Source: Acinetobacter phage Ab5. Taken from it: a stretch of DNA of 64,000 nt. The notes under the pieces are model-generated. The model searched no databases and had not been told where the DNA came from. It saw only the letters and a program-made list of their open reading frames with translations. The translations under genes were made by a program, and so were the position numbers. Positions 38,718 to 46,690 of this stretch are shown piece after piece. The DNA is taken from the sequence record PP763257.1; one strand, written 5' to 3'. Position 1 is the stretch's first letter. The number at the start of each line of letters is the position of its first letter.

Positions 38718-38734
38718 ATGTCTTAGGAGAGAAA

Positions 38735-39109
38735 ATGAACGCATTAAGTAAAATGAGTCCAGATGATAAAGTTGAAATTGTTCTTAATGGTGAGAAATTA
38801 CAAGTTACAGTTGGATCAATTGTTAAGACATATGTGTTGTTGGGTAATTCTAATGGTGGTTGTGACGACTTATATTATCGATTAGGTGAAGCTTATGGTT
38901 TTGGTTCTGAGGAAGATGATCAAATAGATATAGTTAATATTGAATATTATAAACATCGTGATGAAGTTCTTAAAGTTTTTCTGAGTGATTACTATAGAAA
39001 CGAAGTTAGAAAGAAACAAATTAGATATGAAATTGAAGAAAAGAGTATGGAGATATTGGAACTAAAATCTGAATACTTTGAATTAACTGGTGAAGAATAT
39101 GGAAACTAA
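38735..39109 (+). CDS. hypothetical protein
   Basis: RBS AGGAGAG upstream. Confidence 0.5.
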   Translation: MNALSKMSPDDKVEIVLNGEKLQVTVGSIVKTYVLLGNSNGGCDDLYYRLGEAYGFGSEEDDQIDIVNIEYYKHRDEVLKVFLSDYYRNEVRKKQIRYEIEEKSMEILELKSEYFELTGEEYGN

Positions 39110-39557
39110 AGATGAAAATACTTCTGATGAAGTGCTGCATGTAAAATCTTTTACTTATGTTCCTTACTTGGATTATAAGATTATTAAGAAGGTTGATCAT
39201 GTAACTTATCATAATTGGGATGGTAAAACGTTCTTCAGTAAAGAACAAGCTGAAGAATATGTTGATAAGGCACTTAAAGATCGCAAACGTCTTCAACAGT
39301 TGTCAAAGATAGGTGAATTAAGTAATGCTGAATTGGTTAAGCTATATCCTAATTTAACACACTTATTGAAAGAGCCAAAAGAGATTAAAGTAATTTCTGA
39401 AAAACCAGTTTATGTTTATGAGCTTTGGAATAATGAAGACGATGATGAAATGTACATTGGTGTCTTTGCAGACTTAGATGCTATTGAATATTTTATTATC
39501 GATAGACATGACGTGCGATGGAACTTGGAAATGGTTATTGAGAAGGGGGAGTATTAA
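39090..39557 (+). CDS. hypothetical protein
   Basis: Overlap coupling with the upstream ORF. Confidence 0.45.
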   Translation: MKNMETKDENTSDEVLHVKSFTYVPYLDYKIIKKVDHVTYHNWDGKTFFSKEQAEEYVDKALKDRKRLQQLSKIGELSNAELVKLYPNLTHLLKEPKEIKVISEKPVYVYELWNNEDDDEMYIGVFADLDAIEYFIIDRHDVRWNLEMVIEKGEY

Positions 39558-39877
39558 TGATAATCCTTAAAGAACCTGTAAAGTTGGATGAAGAGAACGT
39601 TGATCATGGTTATGCCTTGACAACGGACGAATATAACATTGTCCTATACAAACTTGGTATTTATCTTAAAGGTAAGAATCAAGGTGAAGTATCTAAAACA
39701 CCTATAGGTTATTTCTCAACGCTAGAACACGCTTTACAGCACATTAAAGACTTAGAAGTACGTTTACGTGGTCTAGAAGATTTAGAGGGTCTGGTGGAGC
39801 GTATACGCGCTGTAATGGATGAGATTTCAGTTAATTTAAAGAGTGTTAAGATCACTAAAGGAGACATGTTGAAATGA
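39557..39877 (+). CDS. hypothetical protein
   Basis: ATGA coupling. Confidence 0.45.
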   Translation: MIILKEPVKLDEENVDHGYALTTDEYNIVLYKLGIYLKGKNQGEVSKTPIGYFSTLEHALQHIKDLEVRLRGLEDLEGLVERIRAVMDEISVNLKSVKITKGDMLK

Positions 39878-40032
39878 AACAGTATAAAGTAGTAGTTGAA
39901 GTAACAACAACAGAGGAAATTGTTATTGAAGCTGAAAATTATGAAGATGCTCACATTAAAGCAAAAGAGCGTTGTAAATTAGAGTTTCATAACGATTATT
40001 ATATTATTGATATTTACGCAGATGATGAGTAA
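39875..40032 (+). CDS. 52-aa 'SxEEA'-family small protein
   Basis: Motif VVEVTTTEEIVIEAENYEDAHIKAKE. Below the track cutoff. Confidence 0.35.
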
Positions 40033-40037
40033 TTAAT

Positions 40038-40215
40038 ATGCAAAAATTATACCTTGTTGAACGTTTAGTCGTTGAGTATCAATATATTGCTGCTGATTCA
40101 GAAGAAGAAGCTATTGAAATTGCAAAAGACACAGGTGAATGGGATAGAGAAACAATTGGTCAAGGTGATGAATTGTTCTATGGTGTTCGTGCAGAATACA
40201 AAGGTGAAGCCTAAT
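40038..40215 (+). CDS. 59-aa 'SxEEA'-family small protein
   Basis: Motif VVEYQYIAADSEEEAIEIAK. Below the track cutoff. Confidence 0.35.
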
Positions 40216-40399
40216 GAGAGATAAAATTTATATAGATGTTGATGAATACGAGAAAATCTATTCAGAAGCACAACATTTATTCTGTGATTACTTAAATGAT
40301 AAATTGGGTGTTAATGTTAAACCTAATGATTTTGGTGATTATTGGTACAAAATGGATAATGTTATTTCTTATGATTTAACTTTTGAGAAGGAATATTAA
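40214..40399 (+). CDS. hypothetical protein
   Basis: ATGA coupling. Confidence 0.4.
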   Translation: MRDKIYIDVDEYEKIYSEAQHLFCDYLNDKLGVNVKPNDFGDYWYKMDNVISYDLTFEKEY

Positions 40400-40402
40400 T
40401 AA

Positions 40403-41227
40403 ATGTCTTACGCAGATAAAGTTTATCGTGACTTGGTTTATGAAATTCATAATAACGGCGATTGGGATTTTGGAGAAGATGTACGAGCTAAATACAAAGA
40501 TGGTGATTTAGCTTATGCTAAAAGTATTTTTGGTTATCAGGTAAAGTTTCCTAAAGGTGTTGTTCCTTTAATCAGCACAAAGAAGATATTTACACAAACA
40601 GCAATCAAAGAAATGATTTTGTTTTGGGTTAAACAAACTGTTAAGAAGGATGATTTCGATAAATGGAACGTCAAGATTTGGAATAGTTGGTTTAAAGCAG
40701 ATGGTACGTTGGGTTTATCTTATGCTGCTCAGTTTCAAAAAGGTGGTCGTAACCAAGTTGTTGAGTTAATCAATGGAATTAAAAATACACCTAAATCAAG
40801 ACGATTGATGACCTCTTTTTGGGACTTTGAGAATGCGCCTAATAAAGCATTACAAGAGTGTGCTTGGGCTACACAATGGGATGTTCGTAATGGTGATTTA
40901 AGTCTTATATTAATTCAACGTAGTGTAGATACAGCATGTGGTTTACCTTTCAATTGGTTTCAGTATTATGTATTGCAGTGTTTAATTGCCCATGTGTGTA
41001 ATTTAGAAGTTGGTACGTTTACACATCAAATGGGCAACGCGCATTACTACGACCGACACGAGGGATTACTGTTAGAACAAGTGAATCAAGATGTGTATGA
41101 GAATAAAGATGTTAAAGTGTTAATTAAAGAAACTTTAACTGACTTCTTTAAGGCTGACTTATCAGATATTGATTTAGTTGGTTATAAGTGTTCTAATAAG
41201 AACTTCAAATACGAGATAGCTATTTAG
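40403..41227 (+). CDS. thyA: thymidylate synthase (ThyA family, divergent)
   Basis: Motifs KSRRLMTSFWD, catalytic Cys (ECAW), IQRSVDTACGLPFN (Asn indicates dUMP specificity) and GNAHYY. It is followed by DHFR. Confidence 0.75.
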   Translation: MSYADKVYRDLVYEIHNNGDWDFGEDVRAKYKDGDLAYAKSIFGYQVKFPKGVVPLISTKKIFTQTAIKEMILFWVKQTVKKDDFDKWNVKIWNSWFKADGTLGLSYAAQFQKGGRNQVVELINGIKNTPKSRRLMTSFWDFENAPNKALQECAWATQWDVRNGDLSLILIQRSVDTACGLPFNWFQYYVLQCLIAHVCNLEVGTFTHQMGNAHYYDRHEGLLLEQVNQDVYENKDVKVLIKETLTDFFKADLSDIDLVGYKCSNKNFKYEIAI

Positions 41228-41235
41228 GGGTTTAT

Positions 41236-41751
41236 ATGTATAAAGACAAGAAAATTATTCAAATTGTTGCTAGAGGTTTGAAAGGTGAAATCGGTAAAGA
41301 CAACAAACTCCTGTGGAGTATTCCTGAAGAATTGAAATACTTCCGTGATCAAACATTGGGGCATGTTGTGATGATGGGTCGTAAAACATATGAGAGTTTA
41401 CCTAAACCTTTAGGTCGCAGGGTTGTGTATAGTGTATCAAGACCTAAAGATGTGGATGATTATGACTTGCTAGACTACTTCCACGATGCTTATAAAACCA
41501 CTACTACGATGCTTAATACAGATTGTATTTTTGTTGCGGGAGGTAGTCAACTGTATGAAGCTACATCAGATATTGTAGATGAACTTCTTATTACGGAAGT
41601 TGACAAGGAGTATCATGATGCTGATGTATATTTTAAGCAACCCGATGGTTTTGAGATGACTGATAGATCAGAATGGACTGAAGGTATTGACCGTTTAAGT
41701 GGTGATATTATACGTTATCGCTTCACAACATGGCATCGTTTACCATTTTAA
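41236..41751 (+). CDS. folA: dihydrofolate reductase
   Basis: The segment IVARGLKGEIGKDNKLLWSIPEELKYFRDQTLGHVVMMGRKTYESLPKPLGRR matches the DHFR fold signature. Confidence 0.8.
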   Translation: MYKDKKIIQIVARGLKGEIGKDNKLLWSIPEELKYFRDQTLGHVVMMGRKTYESLPKPLGRRVVYSVSRPKDVDDYDLLDYFHDAYKTTTTMLNTDCIFVAGGSQLYEATSDIVDELLITEVDKEYHDADVYFKQPDGFEMTDRSEWTEGIDRLSGDIIRYRFTTWHRLPF

Positions 41752-41839
41752 ATGTTATTAACAGAAGGTATCTTTAACAGTTGCTTTTTTGTTTTATTTT
41801 ATATATAACTAATAGTATTTGTTATCAAGGAGAAATTAA

Positions 41840-42121
41840 ATGAATATTTACTTAGTAAGTCAAAATAAAGCTTGTGGTTATGATACATACGATAGTTTTG
41901 TGTGTTATGCAGAATCAGAAGATGAAGCTCGTGTAATGTCTCCTAGCGAACATTATATCTGGAAACATGATACTTGGAACTTTGTGTATTTCGATGGTTC
42001 TTACAAACCCTCACGATTTGATTCATGGTGTTATCCCAAGTATGTTGAAGTAACATTGGTTGGAAGTACAAATGAAGAAGTTGATTCAGGTGTAATTTTA
42101 GCTTCTTTCAATGCTGGGTGA
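41840..42121 (+). CDS. 'SxEEA'-family small protein
   Basis: RBS AAGGAG upstream. Motif YLVSQNKACGYDTYDSFVCYAESEDEAR. Confidence 0.5.
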   Translation: MNIYLVSQNKACGYDTYDSFVCYAESEDEARVMSPSEHYIWKHDTWNFVYFDGSYKPSRFDSWCYPKYVEVTLVGSTNEEVDSGVILASFNAG

Positions 42122-42138
42122 TGATGTAAAATCATCTG

Positions 42139-42167
42139 TTGACAACTAGATTTAAATCAATTACTAT
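42139..42167 (+). promoter_or_regulatory. promoter candidate immediately upstream of a terminator hairpin
   Basis: TTGACA-N17-TACTAT. Confidence 0.4.
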
Positions 42168-42170
42168 AAA

Positions 42171-42203
42171 GACACACCAGAAATGGTGTGTCTTTTTTAT
42201 TGA
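42171..42203 (+). terminator. intrinsic terminator / attenuator hairpin
   Basis: agacacacc-agaaa-tggtgtgtct followed by T6. Confidence 0.6.
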
Positions 42204-42212
42204 AGATTTAAA

Positions 42213-42488
42213 ATGAGTACGATGCTTATTTTGGAAGGTGATAGCTATTTGTGGGTAGCTGAAAACATTGAGGAAGACTTCGGTGAAGAACAAGGTTTCT
42301 ATGTTATTAATGGTCATTGGTGGGGAACTTACTACAAAGGTTTAATTGATATTCATCTCCCATTTCCAGATAAAGACGGTGATACGTTTGGTTATGCTAA
42401 TGTTAAAGAAGTTGTAGTTGACTTCGATAGACAAGGTGACTACAATGAAGTTATTACGAAATTACAAATAAAGCGTGGAGAACTGTGA
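42213..42488 (+). CDS. hypothetical protein
   Basis: ORF after the hairpin. Confidence 0.45.
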   Translation: MSTMLILEGDSYLWVAENIEEDFGEEQGFYVINGHWWGTYYKGLIDIHLPFPDKDGDTFGYANVKEVVVDFDRQGDYNEVITKLQIKRGEL

Positions 42489-42691
42489 TGAAGTTATTTG
42501 TTGTAGTAAAGTGTACTGATGTTAAAGTAATTGATGCGGAACATTACGCTGAAGTTTGGTTAACAAAAACAGATATTATCTCTATTCATCGTAATTTTTA
42601 CGATGCTACTTTTAAAGTAAAGAAACTTGAATCAGAAAATTATGATGTAAATGTTATGTATGATATGATTATTGAGGAGTTGGAAGTATGA
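42485..42691 (+). CDS. hypothetical protein
   Basis: Overlap coupling with the upstream ORF. Confidence 0.45.
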   Translation: MMKLFVVVKCTDVKVIDAEHYAEVWLTKTDIISIHRNFYDATFKVKKLESENYDVNVMYDMIIEELEV

Positions 42692-42984
42692 GAATTTATG
42701 TAGATTGGATTGGTGATCATTACATCAATAAATGTGTCGAAGTAGAAGATTTCACAGTTGCTTCGATATCTGGATTTGAAGCGATGGAAATTCTATTTGA
42801 TCAATGCGTAGATAAGAATATGATGAACTATTCTTATGTAGTTTTGTTCTATCGAAAAGATTTAGACGACATGCTTCCACAAACTGCACATCCTTCTTTT
42901 GCTGTGGATTGTTTTGCATCAAGTAATTTTGTGTGGTCTAAAATTGATCGTGAATATTTAGAAAAGTTAATTGGAGAAATTTGA
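42688..42984 (+). CDS. hypothetical protein
   Basis: Overlap coupling with the upstream ORF. Confidence 0.45.
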   Translation: MRIYVDWIGDHYINKCVEVEDFTVASISGFEAMEILFDQCVDKNMMNYSYVVLFYRKDLDDMLPQTAHPSFAVDCFASSNFVWSKIDREYLEKLIGEI

Positions 42985-43238
42985 TGAGTAAATTAACAAC
43001 ATTAGAGAAGTTGAATAAACTGACTTCTAAAGATGCTAAACATTTTATTTTAACTGAATATAACTTCTGGTCATATCAACTACAAACATATGTTGATGGT
43101 GATCATATTGAATTATACTTAGGCGAAGAAGCAACGAGTCGTGGTTGTGATATGGAAGAACACGTTTCTACAGTATTTGGTAAAACATTTGATGAGTGTG
43201 TTGATAAAATGTATACGCAACTATTTGGAGATGAATAA
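42981..43238 (+). CDS. hypothetical protein
   Basis: Overlap coupling with the upstream ORF. Confidence 0.45.
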   Translation: MMSKLTTLEKLNKLTSKDAKHFILTEYNFWSYQLQTYVDGDHIELYLGEEATSRGCDMEEHVSTVFGKTFDECVDKMYTQLFGDE

Positions 43239-43435
43239 TGCATGAACTATTTGAAAATAATAAGCTAGAAGGAACAACAGCTTTTGTTAATCAAGTATTA
43301 GTAACTGTTAACTATGGACACTACATGTTAGAAACAGGGTTAATTAAAGAGCTATATGAAGCTCATGGAGAACGTTGGTATTATGTTGTTCCAATTAACA
43401 TGTGGTTTCGTGAGGATACTTTGGATGAATGTTAA
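43238..43435 (+). CDS. hypothetical protein
   Basis: ATGA coupling. Confidence 0.45.
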   Translation: MHELFENNKLEGTTAFVNQVLVTVNYGHYMLETGLIKELYEAHGERWYYVVPINMWFREDTLDEC

Positions 43436-43506
43436 ATTAATTGTTGACATTAGTTTTAGTATAGATTGATATTTATGTATCAACCAACATGTAAGGTGAA
43501 TATCAT

Positions 43507-43786
43507 GAAAACAAATGAATTAAAATCTGCAATATTATCAACACATGCTAGATTGTTTAAGGTTGTATTTAGAAAATCAGATGGTACAATTCGTACTTTG
43601 TATGGTAAGATTGGTGTTGAACGTTTTAAATCTAAGAAGCCAAACAAACGTAAAGTTAATGAGCATGGCGATAACTTAATTCGTGTGTTTGATGTTGAGA
43701 AGAAAGAGTATCGAGCATTCAACTTATCAAGTGTTATTGAATTCTCATGTGGTAATAAACAATTTAAATTAGAGAGTGTAGAATAA
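43507..43786 (+). CDS. basic hypothetical protein
   Basis: ATG 43507 (MKTNELK) after the AAGGTG RBS. The track start at 43466 is TTG inside the promoter region. Confidence 0.45.
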
Positions 43787-44208
43787 TGGAATTAGCATTA
43801 TTAATTTGGTTTGCAAGTGTGTCAACTGGTATTGCTAAGTTATTTGGAGCATTGTCTTTTGTGACGTTTGTTACGGTAGCATTTGTTCTTGGGGTTAGTT
43901 TGATGCATTCATTTATTGAAGAGGAAAAATTAAAAATATTTGAATACAAGAAATCAATTATTGGTGTATTTATATTCTCAATTCTATCTGCTTTGATTTC
44001 TGTGGTAATTCCAGATGAGCGAACAGTTTATTTAATGGCTTCTGGATATGCTGGACAGAAAATTGTAGAGTCAGATAAGTTTCAGAAGAGTACGAACGAT
44101 GTTTATGAAATTGTTAACATGAAACTTGAACAAATTAAACGTGACATGCACAAAGAACTTGAGCAATCTCAAGATAATGATCAGAAAGCAGAAGGAGAAA
44201 CAAAATGA
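43786..44208 (+). CDS. membrane protein (two N-terminal TM helices plus a coiled-coil tail)
   Basis: ATGA coupling. Hydrophobic N-terminal half. Confidence 0.45.
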   Translation: MELALLIWFASVSTGIAKLFGALSFVTFVTVAFVLGVSLMHSFIEEEKLKIFEYKKSIIGVFIFSILSALISVVIPDERTVYLMASGYAGQKIVESDKFQKSTNDVYEIVNMKLEQIKRDMHKELEQSQDNDQKAEGETK

Positions 44209-44606
44209 GTGAACAAGGTGCATACGTATACGAACAACTAATTGGTAAAACATTTGATAAGGTTTACCAAAGTGGTGATGTAATTTGTTTTGAAAAAGAT
44301 GGAGAAGTTTTATATAAACTAGCTCATAGTCAAGATTGTTGTGAACATGTTTATATTGAAAGTATTGTTGGCGATCTTAATGACTTAACAGGACAACCTT
44401 TATACATTGCTGAAGTAGTTTATCAAGAAATAAATGACAAAAATGATGAAGGGTATGTGGAATTTGAATCTGCTACATGGTCATTCTTTAAGTTTGCAAC
44501 AATTAAAGGTTATGTAGATATTCGTTTTCATGGTTCTAGTAACGGATATTATTCAGAGAGTGCTGAACTATTTGATAAAGATTATTGGGGTTTTAATCAT
44601 GTTTAA
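44205..44606 (+). CDS. hypothetical protein
   Basis: Overlap coupling with the upstream ORF. Confidence 0.45.
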   Translation: MSEQGAYVYEQLIGKTFDKVYQSGDVICFEKDGEVLYKLAHSQDCCEHVYIESIVGDLNDLTGQPLYIAEVVYQEINDKNDEGYVEFESATWSFFKFATIKGYVDIRFHGSSNGYYSESAELFDKDYWGFNHV

Positions 44607-44967
44607 ATCTTTTGTTGTTGCAGCACTTGTTTTATTGTGTTCTGCTTGTTCATTGAAACCAAGTGTAGTCTTAACTAAACGCATTGAGCTTTCTAATGGT
44701 ATGTATTATTCATATACATGTAAAGAAAATGGTCAATATTCGTGTAATGCGGATGATTTTGTAGCTGAACGATCTATTGGCGAAGACACTCAATACTTCT
44801 GTGATCTTGGTGGAGATTTCTATATTATTAAATCTCGATATAAAGGAGGTAGTTCTGCAATTCTTCAGGAGGGTCTTAGTTGTGAATTTACTGTAGAAAG
44901 AACTAAGAAGATTGTAATGGCAGATGGAAAAGAAAAGATTGAAACAGAAACTCTTTCTTACCAATAA
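44599..44967 (+). CDS. secreted protein or lipoprotein candidate
   Basis: ATG 44599. N-terminal signal peptide MFKSFVVAALVLLCSAC with an imperfect lipobox. Four further Cys residues. Confidence 0.45.
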   Translation: MFKSFVVAALVLLCSACSLKPSVVLTKRIELSNGMYYSYTCKENGQYSCNADDFVAERSIGEDTQYFCDLGGDFYIIKSRYKGGSSAILQEGLSCEFTVERTKKIVMADGKEKIETETLSYQ

Positions 44968-44984
44968 AATATAAATTGATTTTA

Positions 44985-45020
44985 AAGAGATGTTGACTTA
45001 ATGGTTGACATCTCTTTTTA
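44985..45020 (+). terminator. intrinsic terminator (composite with a promoter)
   Basis: Stem aagagatgt/acatctctt with a 14-nt loop tgacttaatggttg and T5. Confidence 0.7.
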
Positions 45021-45032
45021 TTTGTCTATAAT
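45005..45032 (+). promoter_or_regulatory. promoter embedded in the terminator's 3' arm
   Basis: TTGACA-N16-TATAAT. Confidence 0.55.
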
Positions 45033-45063
45033 AAAAGCATAGGCAAATATCTTGGAGATTAAT

Positions 45064-45360
45064 ATGGAACATATCAAATTAAACAAACTTGGTAGTAACT
45101 CAGAAGAGATTGAGTTTGATTGTAACTTTAATGGTGTCTATTACTTAATTATTGTCGATGTTGAATACTGGACAATTAAACAAGATAGCTATGGTGTACA
45201 AGATAGCTCTTGGATTGAAGTAGATGCTGACAGTTTTGAAATTTCTATATCAATATACGATGAGGAAGAAAACAAGATACCTTCTACCTACTTAGCTAAA
45301 TCTGAGGTTGAATTTATTGAACAAGAATGTATTAACTACTTAAATGATGAGTATGTGTAA
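45064..45360 (+). CDS. hypothetical protein
   Basis: ATG 45064 (MEHIKLN) after the GGAG RBS. Confidence 0.45.
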   Translation: MEHIKLNKLGSNSEEIEFDCNFNGVYYLIIVDVEYWTIKQDSYGVQDSSWIEVDADSFEISISIYDEEENKIPSTYLAKSEVEFIEQECINYLNDEYV

Positions 45361-45587
45361 TGATTAATAAAAAACAATTAATACATGATTGGTCATTACT
45401 GAGGGTAGGTGATGTGTTTAAATCCTACCATTCAGGAAGTACATATATTGTCACTGATGTCACTGAACATTATGTACAATTTAAGTATGTGAGTAATCCG
45501 ATTAAATATTTATTTGTTATATCATTGGAAATTGAGGTGTTTGATGGTTTTAAATTTGAAAAATTAAATAAGGAGGATTTTAATTGA
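45360..45587 (+). CDS. hypothetical protein
   Basis: ATGA coupling. Confidence 0.45.
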   Translation: MINKKQLIHDWSLLRVGDVFKSYHSGSTYIVTDVTEHYVQFKYVSNPIKYLFVISLEIEVFDGFKFEKLNKEDFN

Positions 45588-46372
45588 AATATGTTAATAA
45601 CATAGACCATAAAGATTGTGTTGGAAAATTATGTAAATCTAAAAATTCTGGTGATTTTATTATTACTAAGTATCATGACCATAAACATGTTGAGGTTGAA
45701 TTTTTATTGAGTGGTTATGAAACTGTGAAACAATTAACTCACATTAAAAATGGTGAAGTAAGAGACCCTTATTGTCCTTCTGTTTATGGGGTGGGTATAA
45801 CAGGAGACAAATTTCCAATACATGAAAAGATTAACGCTAAGGAAAGGGTATTTACTCTACAATACAATACATGGCATTCTATGCTAGCTAGATGTTATAG
45901 CGACAAGTTTTTACTAAATAATCCAACATATACAGGTTGCTCTGTATCTGAAAACTTCAAACACTACGAATACTTTTATGAATGGTGTAACGAACAAGTA
46001 GGTTTTAAAAATGAAGGTTGGAATTTAGATAAAGACCTTTTAATTAAAGGTAATAAAATATACTCTGAAGATACTTGTGTTTTCTTACCAAGAGAATTAA
46101 ATCTGTTGTTAATAAACAATGGTGTATCAAGGGGAGACCTCCCAATAGGTGTTAGTTATCATGTTAGAAATAAAAAGTTTCAAGCAAACATTAACTTAAA
46201 CACAGGTCGCACAAAAAGCTTAGGTTACTACAACACACCTGAAGAAGCTTTCTATACTTACAAAGAAGCTAAAGAAGATTTTATTAAAGAACAAGCTAAT
46301 AAATGGAAAGATCAAATTGATCCTAGAGCTTTTGAAGCTTTGATGAATTATGAGGTAGATATTAATGATTGA
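45584..46372 (+). CDS. HNH (HNH_3) – AP2-domain homing endonuclease
   Basis: Motifs WNLDKDLLIKGNKIYSEDTC and GVSY…LGYYNTPEEAFYTYKEAKE. The 3' 150 bp are about 88% identical to the 3' end of 30544..31293. Confidence 0.7.
   Translation: MKYVNNIDHKDCVGKLCKSKNSGDFIITKYHDHKHVEVEFLLSGYETVKQLTHIKNGEVRDPYCPSVYGVGITGDKFPIHEKINAKERVFTLQYNTWHSMLARCYSDKFLLNNPTYTGCSVSENFKHYEYFYEWCNEQVGFKNEGWNLDKDLLIKGNKIYSEDTCVFLPRELNLLLINNGVSRGDLPIGVSYHVRNKKFQANINLNTGRTKSLGYYNTPEEAFYTYKEAKEDFIKEQANKWKDQIDPRAFEALMNYEVDIND
46223..46372 (+). repeat. copy 2 of the AP2-HNH 3' near-identical segment
   Basis: See 31143-31293. Confidence 0.7.
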
Positions 46373-46652
46373 CAAAATATACATGGTGTATGGCATTGAG
46401 GATTCATTATCGAGTCCAGATAAGAAAGATTTAATTGTCTGTTCACACAATAAAGAGAAGATTGATTTAATCTATAATTATCTACTGAACTTACTCTTTA
46501 TCGAAGATATAGCTTTCTTTGGTTCATATAATTCAATTGATAGTTATTTATTAGTTAGAGATTATTTAATTGAGATTTATAATATGACAGGATTGAGGAA
46601 CATTTCAGGATATAGTAGTTTTAGACTTGAAGAGTATCATCTTTATAAATGA
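46365..46652 (+). CDS. hypothetical protein
   Basis: ATG lies inside ATTAATGATTGA, overlapping the upstream stop. Confidence 0.45.
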   Translation: MIDKIYMVYGIEDSLSSPDKKDLIVCSHNKEKIDLIYNYLLNLLFIEDIAFFGSYNSIDSYLLVRDYLIEIYNMTGLRNISGYSSFRLEEYHLYK

Positions 46653-46682
46653 ATAAAAACCCGCTTAGCGCGGGTTTCTTTA
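46653..46682. terminator. bidirectional intrinsic terminator between convergent operons
   Basis: aaacccgc-ttagc-gcgggttt flanked by an A-tract and a T-tract. Confidence 0.7.
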
Positions 46683-46690
46683 TGTTTAAA

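Noticed and set aside
40403-41227. The ThyA homologue as a dUMP/dCMP hydroxymethylase (hmU/hmC DNA)
   Set aside because: The dUMP-specifying Asn is retained. A DHFR gene is directly adjacent, and DHFR is needed only if THF is oxidised as in true TS. No kinase, glycosyltransferase or other hypermodification genes are seen. This is kept only as a low-probability caveat.
43428-43472. A third terminator/promoter composite at 43428-43472
   Set aside because: The stem is only 5 bp (aatgt/acatt) with no T-tract. The best -10 at the correct spacing (TGATAT) is poor. It is treated as a -35-like element of the promoter family, not a terminator.
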